Source: Macrostomum lignano (lineage: Eukaryota). From it: a stretch of 64,000 nt of DNA. The stretch's first letter is position 1; each line of letters begins with the position of its first letter. A program made the position numbers and the translations under genes. The stretch lies in NCBI GenBank assembly GCA_002269645.1, contig NIVC01002662.1, positions 62,001-126,000 of the forward strand, in the 5' to 3' direction. Positions 24,205-35,600 of the stretch are shown piece after piece. Below the pieces are notes generated by a model, which saw only the letters and a list, made by a program, of their open reading frames with translations, did no database searches and was not told where the DNA came from.

Positions 24205-25275
24205 CACAATCTCCAGACACAATCTCAGCATCACAGACACAATCTAAACACCACAGACACAATTTAAACACCACAGACACAATCTCAGCACCACAGATAC
24301 AATCTCAGAACCACAGACACAATCTCAGCACCACAGACACAACCTCAGCACCACAGAAACAATCTCAGAACCACAGACACAATCTCAAAACCACAGACAC
24401 AATCTCAGAACCACAGACACAATCTCAGAACCACAGGCACAATCTCAGAACCACCAGACACAAATTCAGAACCACAGACACAAATTCAGAACCACAGACA
24501 CAATCTCAGAACCACAGACACAATCTCAGCACCACAGACACAACCTCAGCACCACAGAAACAATCTCAGAACCACAGACACAATCTCAGAACCACAGACA
24601 CAATCTCAGAACCACAGACACAATCTCAGCACCACAGACACAATCTCAGAACCACCAGACACAATCTCAGAACCACAGACACAACCTCAGCACCACAGAC
24701 ACAATCTCAAAACCACAGACACAATCTCAGAACCACAGACACAATCTCAGAACCACAGGCACAATCTCAGAACCACCAGACACAAATTCAGAACCACAGA
24801 CACAAATTCAGAACCACAGACACAATCTCAGAACCACAGACACAATCTCAGAACCACAGACACAATCTCAGAACCACAGACACAATCTCAGAACCACAGA
24901 CACAATCTCAGCACCACAGACACAATCTCAGAACCACCAGACACAATCTCAGAACCACAGACACAACCTCAGCACCACAGACACAATCTCAAAACCACAG
25001 ACACAATCTCAGAACCACAGACACAATCTCAGAACCACAGGCACAATCTCAGAACCACCAGACACAATCTCAGAACCACAGACACAACCTCAGCACCACA
25101 GACACAATCTCAAAACCACAGACACAATCTCAGAACCACAGACACAATCTCAGCACCACAGACACAATCTCAAAACCACAGACACAATCTCAGAACCACA
25201 GACACAATGTCAGAACCACAGGCACAATCTCAACACCACAAACGAAATTTCAACACCACACACCACAGACACAAC
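24205..25275. repeat. Minisatellite, 20/21-bp unit
   Basis: Tandem ACCACAGACACAATCTCAGA. Confidence 0.97.
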
Positions 25276-26128
25276 TGTAGCGCTACAAGCACCTATATCT
25301 CTCCAAAGAAACGAGAGAAAGGCTGTCTTTTACCCATAAAAAATTTGCAGAACAAGTCCAGTCCAGTGCAAAATTTTCCTCACTTTTACAACAAAAAAGA
25401 CAGCCAAAAATTGGAAACAGATACCGCCCCAGAGATGTCGACAGACTCTGTCTTTCGCATTCTTCCACTCTCCATTTCTTCCTGAACCTTTCCTATATAT
25501 GTAGGCTTCATTCGCCCGCCATCCCTCACAAACCCCCGCTGCAGCATGGCAATGTTGCTGACAGAAATGGCCAACAAAGCTTTTCAACGTACCCCATCAG
25601 CAGTCTGCCGCTGGGCGGCAGCTGGCTTCAAGACGCGGATCGCGGACCTGCACTCGCTACGGAGGACCCCCACTGGGCGCAAAGTTTTGTCCGTACGCGA
25701 TCAATATGCTTTCGCCAAAATCCCCAAACCCCATGCGGTACAGCCTGCGTAGCTAAAAATGCAATAAAATCGGACGATACCTGGCCTAGAAGAGGCGATA
25801 TGGTTGCGTCTTTTTACGAATGATGTGATCGAAGTAAAACTGAAGTGATGTTTGTGGGAATAATTCGAGTAATTGTGACGCCTATGGCAACATAGTCCCA
25901 CAAACAATGCTGATGGCAATTCTGGCCATTCCTCTGACTCCTGAGCATGTTCTCAATGCACACACTCACACAGGGTGCACACTGGTCCTGACTTTCTAAT
26001 CCTAAGACGTATACACTCTCTATGCACACAAGCTAATACTACCAAGGGTCAAGATGCGACTGATCCAAAGAAAGGAAGACGTCAAGACATTGTGATGTCA
26101 CACACTCTTAGAATTTGAGGCGACTCAC

Positions 26129-26296
26129 TTATTTGACTCGATAAGCTTCTTGACATTCTCCAGAGCTTCCAGGTCGTTGACAATCGACTCGCACCAGAAG
26201 TTGTAGCCCAGCGACAGCACGCAGCTCGCAATGAGTTCGCTGGTGAAGAGCACGGAGTTAAACAGCAGGGAGGGGAACACCAGGTGCCTCAGGTGT
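26129..26296 (-). CDS. TMEM179: TMEM179-like, exon 2 (TM3)
   Basis: Acceptor TTCAG|A, donor AA|GTGAGT; HLRHLVFPSLLFNSVLFTSELIASCVLSLGYNFWCESIVNDL parallels TMEM179 IASTIVSVGFTMWCDTI. Confidence 0.8.
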
Positions 26297-26482
26297 CTGA
26301 AGTTTGTCGGGGTTAGGGGTATATGTTATATTTTTTACATCTTCAATTACACTTCAGCTTCAGAAGCTTTATTTTAAAAGCTTATCAGTTTAAACGCAAG
26401 AAAGACGTATCTATAGCTACTTAAAATTAAAGCCCCGAAGGGCGGAAGCTGTGGAAGATGCAATGATGAACCACTCACTCAC

Positions 26483-26799
26483 CCTTTTCTAACTTTGCTC
26501 GGCGCGCTGAGAAAGCCGTACAAAAGGCCCCACATGAGACTGTAGGAGGCGATGGTGATGTTGAGGTACATCGAATAGAAGCAGGTCTTCTTTTCGCCTT
26601 TCTTCACCTCGTCGCCCAGGTGCAGCACGTAGGTGCCGTTCTTTGTCGGCTGGAGGTTGACCCGGCCGGGTTTGGCGTAGAGCGGGCACTCGAATCCCAA
26701 GTCCTCGTAGCTGACCTTCAGCGTGATGCAGGACACGAGGGCAAAGACGCAGGAGGCGGCGTACAGAGTGAGCTGGATCCAGCGCAGGTACCGCTGCAT
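26483..26799 (-). CDS. TMEM179: TMEM179-like, exon 1 (TM1-TM2); alternative start ATG at 26850
   Basis: MQRYLRWIQLTLYAASCVFALVSCITL..LGFECPLYAK..KTCFYSMYLNITIASYSLMWGLLY shows the TM1-CxLY-loop-C-TM2 layout; donor GG|GTGAGT. Confidence 0.78.
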
Positions 26800-29758
26800 T
26801 GGCGCAGTTGGCAGTCTGGAAAACCGGCTGGCAACGCGCGTGACCTTCATTGTCTTATTATCTGCCTTGTCTACCTCTCTGAGAAAGACTTCGAGTTCTG
26901 CAGCTCAGCCGATATCAAAGAACATGTCGAATTTCTCAGCCGTTTGGGCATGCTATTAAAAACCGTTCATGCTGCATGATCCTTCGGGTTCTGGTCCGTT
27001 CTTCCGGATGTACTATAGTGACTAGAACGCATTGGAAACACTTTTGCTTATAGCAATCTTTTTAAATGCAGCTTAAGCCAAGGCGGCCCCGCGAAGCTCG
27101 GTACTTGGCCTGAAATTTATTGGCAAACCAGCTGGCAACCAATGAGGAGGAAAGGACGCCTGCAGAGGCTGCATAGAGAGAAGGAAATTGCCAAGGGGGT
27201 GGAATCTGGTAGCCATCATTCATTCGAGTTCTTGCCTTGCCAGCCATGTAGGTACAAAGCATTCAAATACGCAAAAAAGCATTTCCATTCCAACCTGTTT
27301 TTTGTTGTAAAATGTGTACTGCAGTCTCGAATCGTATAGAAAGAAAATCAAGGACAGCCAGATAGGATTCAATATAGGGTTGAGATTGGTAGTTTTCAGC
27401 GTATTAGGCACTAAATTCTACAATATTTTACCACCCTGAGGCATCAAATTCCAAATAAAACCAGTGTTAGTCGGGTTCAAGGTTTTTTCGACGAACTATA
27501 CGAGCCGCACGTTCCAAGACTGCTTGACGTGAAGCAGCTCATCGCAACCAGCAACCTCATCAATTCAGTGCTGATTTATCAATAATTGATTAGCAACCGT
27601 TGGAAAAAAAAAGAAATTCACCTTATATGGCTTGATGGTGCTGTCAACTGCAACTGTTGGCGAATACAGTTGACATTTAGGACACTTTTTAATGAGGAAA
27701 AGCCCAAGAGACAGGGGCAGATTTGCTAAGTAGATGATTTGGGAATTTGTTCCCAACAACGCTGTCAAACGTCTTCAAACGTTTTCTCTTAATTTTTACA
27801 ACGCGTTCATATCGATGTTGCTTGTGCAATCAAACAAGTTGGACTTTTAATTATCATTTCTCGTCTTTTCAATACCCCCTTCTCCTACGACCTTACCGCA
27901 GAGTTGGGTGGGCAGAACTGCAGTCAGCGTTGCTCGCGGGACGCTCTCCTCCCTCTCTTCTCTCCTTCTCCTTCCATCTTCATCTTCATAACTCCTCCAT
28001 CTCCTTATTCGGGAGGCTGCGCTTCGGACATACATCATAGGACTGGCTGAGCAATGTCTCTGTTGGTAAGAATGCAGGAAAAACGGTGAAATGGTCTTCA
28101 CGGAGGAGACAGAGACAGGCCAGTTCTGATTAGCCTGACAGGGTTGAACTCAAGGCCCTGATTATGCTGGAGACTGCGCTGCAGAAGGAAGAGAGAACGG
28201 AAATGATGGAGCGGCCAGCATGCCAGATAAAAGGGAACAGGACTGACCCCCGAGGTGTTTCCTCCAGCGAAGGAGAGGCGGGAAAAGATGGAACTGCTCA
28301 GGTTGGCCAGGGAGCTATGAGCTCACAGGAGATGAAGAGGAAATTTGTCCCCAACAGCCCGGCCCGCCATCCTAGAAAGCGAGAGAGCGAGCGACCCCCG
28401 ATGCAGCATCCTGTCCTCCAAACCAAGGAAATTGGGAATCTCCATCATTCCTTCACTGCATAACCATCCTATAGTGCAACAGGTTCTGGCATGCACTTCT
28501 CCTCTCTTCTACCAGCCTGAGCTGCGGCAGACAGCTATGCACTGCAGAAAAGGTGTACAGCAGTACTGTACATGCAGCCAGCTTGCATTACTTCACCACA
28601 TTGCACATTTAATTGAAGAGCAGCCAGCAGGTTATATGCTTGAGTAGATCGACTTGCACGTATGCATAAAAGCCTCTATTGAACTACATGTATACTTGAT
28701 GAGAACGCATTTTCAGTACTGGTGTGACGCCGCATGCATAAGCTTCTTCCCACCTATACTGTACTTACTACTGTCAGTAGTGATGGCTTTTATTTCTTGG
28801 ATTGAGAGGCTGTCCAATCTCATGAGGTTTTGATCGTGTATTGTTCAGATTTTTTTAACTGTGACGATATGTGTTGAGCTTTGACCTGACATTTAAAAAA
28901 ACCCACAGGTTTTTACCGCTAGGAACTCAACCTAACGGGTCTCGGCCTCACTCAATGGTACCTGAAGAAGACTAGCCGGAGACTCTCCGCGTGTCTCCTC
29001 CCTCTTCCAGCTGCTGATTTGCCCCGATCCTAATTTTGAATGCGACACCAAGTTAGAACTGTTATAGAACTTCAATGAGAGTTAGATGTTCATGAGTTAC
29101 GGTTATTCTGGCGCCTGTGGTCTCAGATTGGTTCCTTGTTGGCCTTCGCCAGTCTGAGTTGTGGGGTGAGAGCTGGCTAGAATTGAACCTTGTTTATGGC
29201 TGAGACGGCACTCTTCATGTGGCCCCCAGTTTCAGTAGTTTGATTGAGAATCGCATTTAATTGCTTGATTGCTTTTTATGCGCTGAACTAATTTAGAGGC
29301 AGAAATTCAAGGTTAAATTATCTTACTGCCTGCATGATAGCGCGTTGTGAGAAGGCAAATTTTATAGGATAATTTTTTCGTTTTAATTCTTTCTTTGAAT
29401 TATCCTTGAGGGTTTCAGAGGTGTAGGTGAGGGTTTCAATGGCCGTGACCGATATTAATTGGCCAAACAGTTACTAATCATGCAGTCGCGATAAATCAAA
29501 TCAATAATTCTAAATCAGAACTTAATAAAAACTTACAGAGTCCGGAATTATTAAGCGACCTAATTTTTATCTTGTAATGTAAATTCACCATGCAGCATAA
29601 AAGTATCAGAGGGCCTTATGACTGCTCAGCTTTTGGTACTATTCAATAATTTTTAGCTTACATTCCTGCCCAAAAGCTTGCATACAAGAATTTAATTATG
29701 AATAATATAGGACGTTCCTTGACCTACATACATTGGTCCATTTGTGTTAATTATTATA

Positions 29759-30018
29759 GGGCCTTTTCATATTACCAATTCCAGAACCAGAATCGGTTCG
29801 GAATTCCAAGAAAAACAGCAGTATAACTATTAAACTCTGTTAATATTTGACTGCCTTAACAGCCTCACTTTGCACGATTTTTCACTTTCTTTTTGGCGAT
29901 TGTCATTCAATAATAAAAACTTTATAGCACGTATCTCCCTCTAGTTATGGAGACAAAAAGTTATACTTCACAAACTGGTTCTGGTTCTGGAACCAGAACA
30001 AGCAATATGAAAAGGCCC
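29759..30018. mobile_element. MITE with GGG-starting TIR and 3-bp TSD (PIF/Harbinger-like)
   Basis: 15-bp TIR GGGCCTTTTCATATT / AATATGAAAAGGCCC; ATA on both sides; subterminal CCAGAACCAGAA / TTCTGGTTCTGG. Confidence 0.7.
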
Positions 30019-30092
30019 ATAGGTTTCAGGTAAAGTTGCTCGCTTTTGGCAAGTAGAATAAAGAGAAAAGCAAAAATCAACATCAATTTAGT

Positions 30093-30133
30093 TAAACGAC
30101 CGTTTCGCACAACTCTGTGCATCTTCAGGTTTA
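30093..30133 (-). ncRNA. Minimal type I hammerhead ribozyme motif (variant with 1-nt loop 3)
   Basis: TAAAC-CTGAAGA-T-GCACA(GAGT)TGTGC-GAAA-C-G-GTC-GTTTA. Confidence 0.6.
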
Positions 30134-30519
30134 TTTTAAGCGTACAGATCGGAAGTTATAAATATGAAATTTTTGGGTGCAAATTTAATCAAAATTTTAA
30201 GTACACTTTTGTTAGTCCGTAAATCGAGAGGCAAAGTCCAGGGACGAATTGTTAGCGTTGCAGCCAACAGTACAGAATGTACAGCCAGTGCGGCCCCTCC
30301 GTCAGAACACACGGAGAACATGGCCTGCGCCACTGTGTTGGAGTTGAGATGACGCGGATGTTGCAATTAAGCGAGTTGGGTAATAATTAGCAGAATTTAT
30401 TTTTGAAGAGTTAAGAAGGATAGCCAAAGAAAGGGAGGGCAAGTAAATGGTTTTGGATAGCCGACGGTTTCAGCCAAATTGCGATACCAATTGCGCAATA
30501 TATTGCACAATTGCTTAAA

Positions 30520-30563
30520 TAAACCTGAAGATGCACATATTGTTGAGCGAAACGCGTCGTTTA
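30520..30563 (+). ncRNA. Minimal type I hammerhead ribozyme motif
   Basis: Helix I TAAAC/GTTTA; core CTGAAGA; helix II closed by GC..GC; GAAA-CGCG-TC with predicted cleavage after C30558. Confidence 0.7.
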
Positions 30564-31189
30564 ACTAAATTAATGTTGATTTTGCTTTTATTTTTATTAT
30601 AGGTTTCGATACACAGTAATAAAGAATACCTAGTGTTAATAACGATGAATTTGGTAAGAGAACGTATTTTCCTCCGTGCCACGCCGGAACTTTTAGCATA
30701 CTATAACGATTTTTAAGGTAGGTATTTAATTAAGAGACTTAGTCAAATCCATAGGTTTTAAATAAAAATATTTAAAAAATATTCGAACGTTAAGATTTTA
30801 ACCTAAGCTAGCGTTCTATTATGCACAATGATTCAGCTTCAAGCAAGTACAGAGCTCTTTCACAAATTTCTGACACGACCTGACACCTCGACTCCTTGTT
30901 TCTTCACAAGTGAAAGCAATTTCTGTAAATTTAGCGTAAAACATTTCAACAATATTCATATATTATCTCTTCATAGTTGCAGATAGATGCACTTAGTTTT
31001 ATAATATACTTCACATTATTTATAACCCTATGACTGAAAGTGAGACTGTCTTGCCTTAGATTTCAAGATCTATAATATTAGAAGAAATACTAGGCGTAGG
31101 ACCTAATACCATTATTTAATAAACTGTAGTGTAGGCCTAGATAAGTAAAGAATTGGGGTCATTTTATTTATTTTATCAATTATCAGTGT

Positions 31190-31526
31190 TGTAATAGTGC
31201 TCAATTTGCGTGCGCGTGCACTTCTAGTGTTTTCTCCGTATTTCTTTCTGCGTCACCCCACCCCTGCGTATAGCCTTTTCTAGAAATTTCTTTTTGTTTC
31301 TGATTGGCTGAAAACGCGTGAATAACGAGCCCCAACCAATAGAGTGCTTAGTGCCTACCCTATCGACGAAATCCGATTGGTTAGGATTTTCTAAGCTGCG
31401 TTTTTCACCCTGCCCTCCCCCATCGCGGTCAGTCTATTTAATCAAGCAAGCTGGAACGCAAATAAATCAAGTTTTTCTCTGACTAAAGAAGTCCCGGCAG
31501 TTCAAACTCAAGAATACGCGGCTACA
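31190..31526 (+). repeat. 5' LTR
   Basis: TGTAATAG...GCTACA; CCAAT/ATTGG motifs, TATA-like TATTTAA, AATAAA at 31461. Confidence 0.97.
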
Positions 31527-31550
31527 TTGGCGACCACGCCAGTTTTCCAC

Positions 31551-32675
31551 ATGTGGAATAACGACGACTACCTGGAACTACGTGGACGTCTCGTCGGACG
31601 ACGGCGCAACGCAGGCGACGAGGCAGCTTCCGTTTCTACAGAGTCTACGAACGCGTCCAACCCCTTCGTGTCGATGACCACAGTCAGCGAAGCCACAAAT
31701 CCCTTCCTCGTTGCCAACGACCTTCAGAGGGCACACTCGGCGGAAGTCTCAACCAACCCGTTCCTTGAAGACATCGACCAAGCGTCAGGGCAGGCCTCAG
31801 CAATGCAGCAGTACGCCTATCCTCCAGCTCACGGATACGCAGCGCTGCCAGACTACAATCCAGTACCGGCTCTTCCGCCAGTACCTAAGCCTGCACCGTA
31901 CAACGGTCGGGAGGATTTCGACGACTTTCTCATCAGGATCAGCGCCTATATTAGCCGGTTCCCAGGCCTTCGAGACGCCGACAAGATCAACACCCTGACT
32001 GCGTTCCTCGGACCGGCTTTTGCAACGTACACCACCTGGCTGGCGATCCAGTGTGCCTACGTCGGACTGCCACCGGGGACAACCCTGGACCAGCTACCTG
32101 GTGTCCGCTATGAGGGTCTCGTTGAACACCTCCGGTCTCGTCACGGCGGGGCCAAGAGTGCAGCGCTACTTCGCCGCGAGTTCCGTGCTCGGCAGCGTCG
32201 ACCAGAGGAGAGCTTCGAAACGTACCTGACGGAGCTTCAACGGCTAGCTGCAAGGGCATACCCGGACCCAAGAGCTCAGGCTTACGTCCAACAGACAGTT
32301 AGCGAGCAGTTCATGCATGGTCTCAATGACGGCTACGTCACCGAGCGACTACTGAATCAACCAACACCACCAAGCACGGTGGAGCAGGTTCTACGAATAG
32401 CCCAGCAGCTTCGAGAAACCCGGGCCTACATGGATGCTGGCCGTGGCGAAATCCAGCCCCAGCAACCGAGACCACCACAGAGCCAACCTTCAGCGCCACC
32501 GAAACCACTAATGCCTCAGCATCCTGCCTCATCAGGCGGTCGAGGACAGCAACGACAGCAATCACCGGCTAGTTCCAACTGTTTCGGCTGCGGTCAGCCG
32601 GGCCACATCCGACGAAATTGCCCAAACGCCGAGGGGGCTGGTTCGCGAGGCCAGCACCGGCCCTCTCAGCACTAA
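31551..32675 (+). CDS. Gag (Ty3/Gypsy)
   Basis: ATG 31551; PKPAPYNGREDFDDFL, FRARQRRPEESFETYLTEL and CFGCGQPGHIRRNC knuckle. Confidence 0.95.
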   Translation: MWNNDDYLELRGRLVGRRRNAGDEAASVSTESTNASNPFVSMTTVSEATNPFLVANDLQRAHSAEVSTNPFLEDIDQASGQASAMQQYAYPPAHGYAALPDYNPVPALPPVPKPAPYNGREDFDDFLIRISAYISRFPGLRDADKINTLTAFLGPAFATYTTWLAIQCAYVGLPPGTTLDQLPGVRYEGLVEHLRSRHGGAKSAALLRREFRARQRRPEESFETYLTELQRLAARAYPDPRAQAYVQQTVSEQFMHGLNDGYVTERLLNQPTPPSTVEQVLRIAQQLRETRAYMDAGRGEIQPQQPRPPQSQPSAPPKPLMPQHPASSGGRGQQRQQSPASSNCFGCGQPGHIRRNCPNAEGAGSRGQHRPSQH

Positions 32676-35600
32676 CGCATTCGGCCTCAACACCACGCCT
32701 CAGCAGCTGCCAGCCTGGCCAGGTGCGCTTCGTCACAGCGCGCATCCTTAGACGACGGCGCCACTGTCTGATCGACACCGGGGCAGAGGTGTCCTGCATC
32801 AGCGATGACATATGTAAGAAAGCTAGGCGGCGGCTGCAGCCCAGCAGCATCATCATAAGAGGCGTGGATGGCAACCTACAGTCTGTGCTGGGCGAGACTA
32901 CTTTGGCAGTGACTCTGGGAACCGTACAAGTCCATCATCGTTTCGTCGTACTCGAGAAGCTTCACCCGACGTCCGTCATCCTGGGCTGTGACTTCCTCAG
33001 TGAACACGACGTCTCGGTCCATCTCCAAGCCGGTTGCATCACTTTCAACAGCCTAGGCGTGTCGATTCCAGCTCGAAAAAGTAAAGAGGCAGCACAGACC
33101 TGCAAGCTCGTATCAGCGGCCTCCGTGCAGCTGCAGCCAGGGGAGCGCTGGATAATCCCCGTTAAACCAGCAAAGTCGGCCTCGTGGACGCGATCGGAGT
33201 GTCCAGGAGTCGTCACCGGCACAAGATCACAGGGGCTCCTGGTGGGTCGTTGTGTTGCCAAGCTGGTCGAGAGAGGCATGGGCCTAGCAGTCATCAACGT
33301 CGACGACCACACGGTCAACATCAGCGACGGCGACATTGTTGGCATCTTTTCCCCGCTAGGAAGTCAGCCATTCGTTCAGCAATCGGGTGCCGCTGGCAGC
33401 ACGGCGGCGACGGCCGCTGGCAGCACGGCGGCGACGGCCACTGGCAGCACGGCGGCGACGGCCACTGGCAGCACGGCGGCGACGGCCGCTGGCAGCACGG
33501 CGGCGACGGCCGCTGGCAGCACGGCGGCGACGGCCACTGGCAGCACGGCGGCGACGGCCACTGGCAGCACGGCGGCGACGGCCGCTGGCAGCACGGCGGC
33601 GACGGCCGCTGGCAGCACGGCGGCGACGGCCGCTGGCAGCACGGCGGCGACGGCCGCTGGCAGCACGGCGGCGACGGCCGCTGGCAGCACGGCGGCGACG
33701 GTCGCGGTCAGCACGGCTACATCAACAACAGCTTTAGCGACGGACTTACCTCGCACCAACTGGCTGAACGACGTGCACATCGAAAGCTCTATCTCCGTCG
33801 AAGAGCAACAGTCGGTCAAGGATTTGCTGTTAGAGTTCAGCACCGTTTTTGCATCCCCTGGCAATGCTGGTCGAACTGCAGTCCTGCAGCATCGCATCGA
33901 CACCGGCGGGGCAAGGCCGATCCGGCAGGGTTTGCGGCGTGCAGCGCGTCCAGTCATCGACAAGCAGGCCGAATTGATCGACGACATGCTGACCAAAGGA
34001 GTAATCCGGCCGTCTTCATCGCCTTGGGCTTCGCCAATCGTGCTTGTTCGTAAGAAGGACGGGACAGCGCGCTTTTGCTTAGACTATCGACTGCTCAATG
34101 AGGTCACCAAGCCGGACGCTTTTCCAATTCCGAGGATCGACGACACACTCGATGCGCTGCAAGGCAACGCCTACTTCTCGGCACTCGATCTGGAGAGTGG
34201 CTACTGGCAGGTTGAGGTCGAGGAGCGCGACAAAGAGAAAACTGCTTTCATCTGCCATCAAGGCCTCTTCGAGTTCAACGTCATGCCGTTTGGTCTGCGC
34301 AATGCCCCGGCAACCTTTCAACGCCTCATGCAGCTGGTGCTCCAAGGCCTGACCTGGCAAGCGTGCCTGGTCTTCATCGACGACGTTATTGTCATGGGCC
34401 GGACTATCGAGGAGCACAACTATCGGCTGCGGGCGGTGTTCGAGCGGCTGCGGGACGCGAACCTACGCTTGAAGCCATCTAAATGCCATTTCGCCAACAC
34501 CACGATGATCGTCTTGGGCCATCGAGTTTCCAAGTCGGGTATCACCGTCGACGAGTCAAAGACTGCTGCGATCCGAGACTGGCCTACACCCCGAACTTCC
34601 AAGGAGGTCAAGAGCTTCCTAGGTCTCGCAGCCTACTATAGACGGTTCATTCGGGATTATTCAAAGATCGCTGAGCCGCTACGACGCCTGACGGTTCCGA
34701 CAGAAAGGTTTCAGTGGACGTCCAAGGCCCAAGAAGCATTCGACCAACTGAAGGCAACACTGACCTCTGCTCCAATCCTCGCCTTCCCGGATACTAGTGC
34801 GACCAGCTCGGAGTTCATTCTGGACACTGACGCCAGCGACTGCGCCATTGGTGCGGTACTCTCTCAACTGCAGGCGGGCGAAGAACGAGTCATCGCGTAC
34901 TCCAGCAGAGCACTAACGAAAGCCGAGCGCAACTACTGTGTAACGAGGCGGGAGCTGCTGTCCGTCGTTGAGCATGTCAGGAAGTTCCGGAATTACCTGC
35001 TGCCTCGGAAGTTCACCGTGCGGGTCGATCATCAGTCTCTAACGCACCTGCTGACATTCAAGGAGCCCGAAGGTCAACTCGCGCGGTGGCTGCAGACGCT
35101 AGACGAGTTCGACTTCAGAGTACTCTATCGGCCGGGCCGTCAACACAACAACGCCGATGCGCTGTCCCGTCAGCAGCAGCGCTGTACCAACCAGTGTCGG
35201 GTGTGTCGACCAACAAATGAGACCACCAGCAGGACGACATCCTCGGTTGCCTGCCAGACCGACGCCAACAGTGATGCCGCCGCTGCCGCCCAGATCAACG
35301 CAGCGACCATCAAGCTAGTGTCGACGGCTACCGACGAAGCTGTTCAGACCGACAATGTGCATGTCTGCGTCGGCACCGTGCCATCAAGGCGCAAGCAAAT
35401 CCATCAGCCCCGGTCGGACGACAGCGAAGAAAGCAGCAGCAGCGAGGACGACACCAACGAAGATGAATCCGCAGCGCCAGCGGCAGACAACAGGCCACCG
35501 ACGCTACGTATGCTTCAGCTGCAGGATCCGGTTATCAGTCCGGTGTTCCGACTGCTGGCCGACGGCAAGACTAGGTTTACCGACCGACAACGCGACCGAG

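Larger units (their letters stand above)
30056..30599. mobile_element. Inverted-repeat element carrying hammerhead motifs (Penelope-like pLTR remnant)
   Basis: About 80-bp inverted repeats 30056-30136 and 30517-30599, each containing a hammerhead core. Confidence 0.6.

Noticed and set aside
27062-27262. 66-aa ORF with a hydrophobic stretch upstream of TMEM179-like
   Set aside because: Too short, no recognised family and no supporting splice structure
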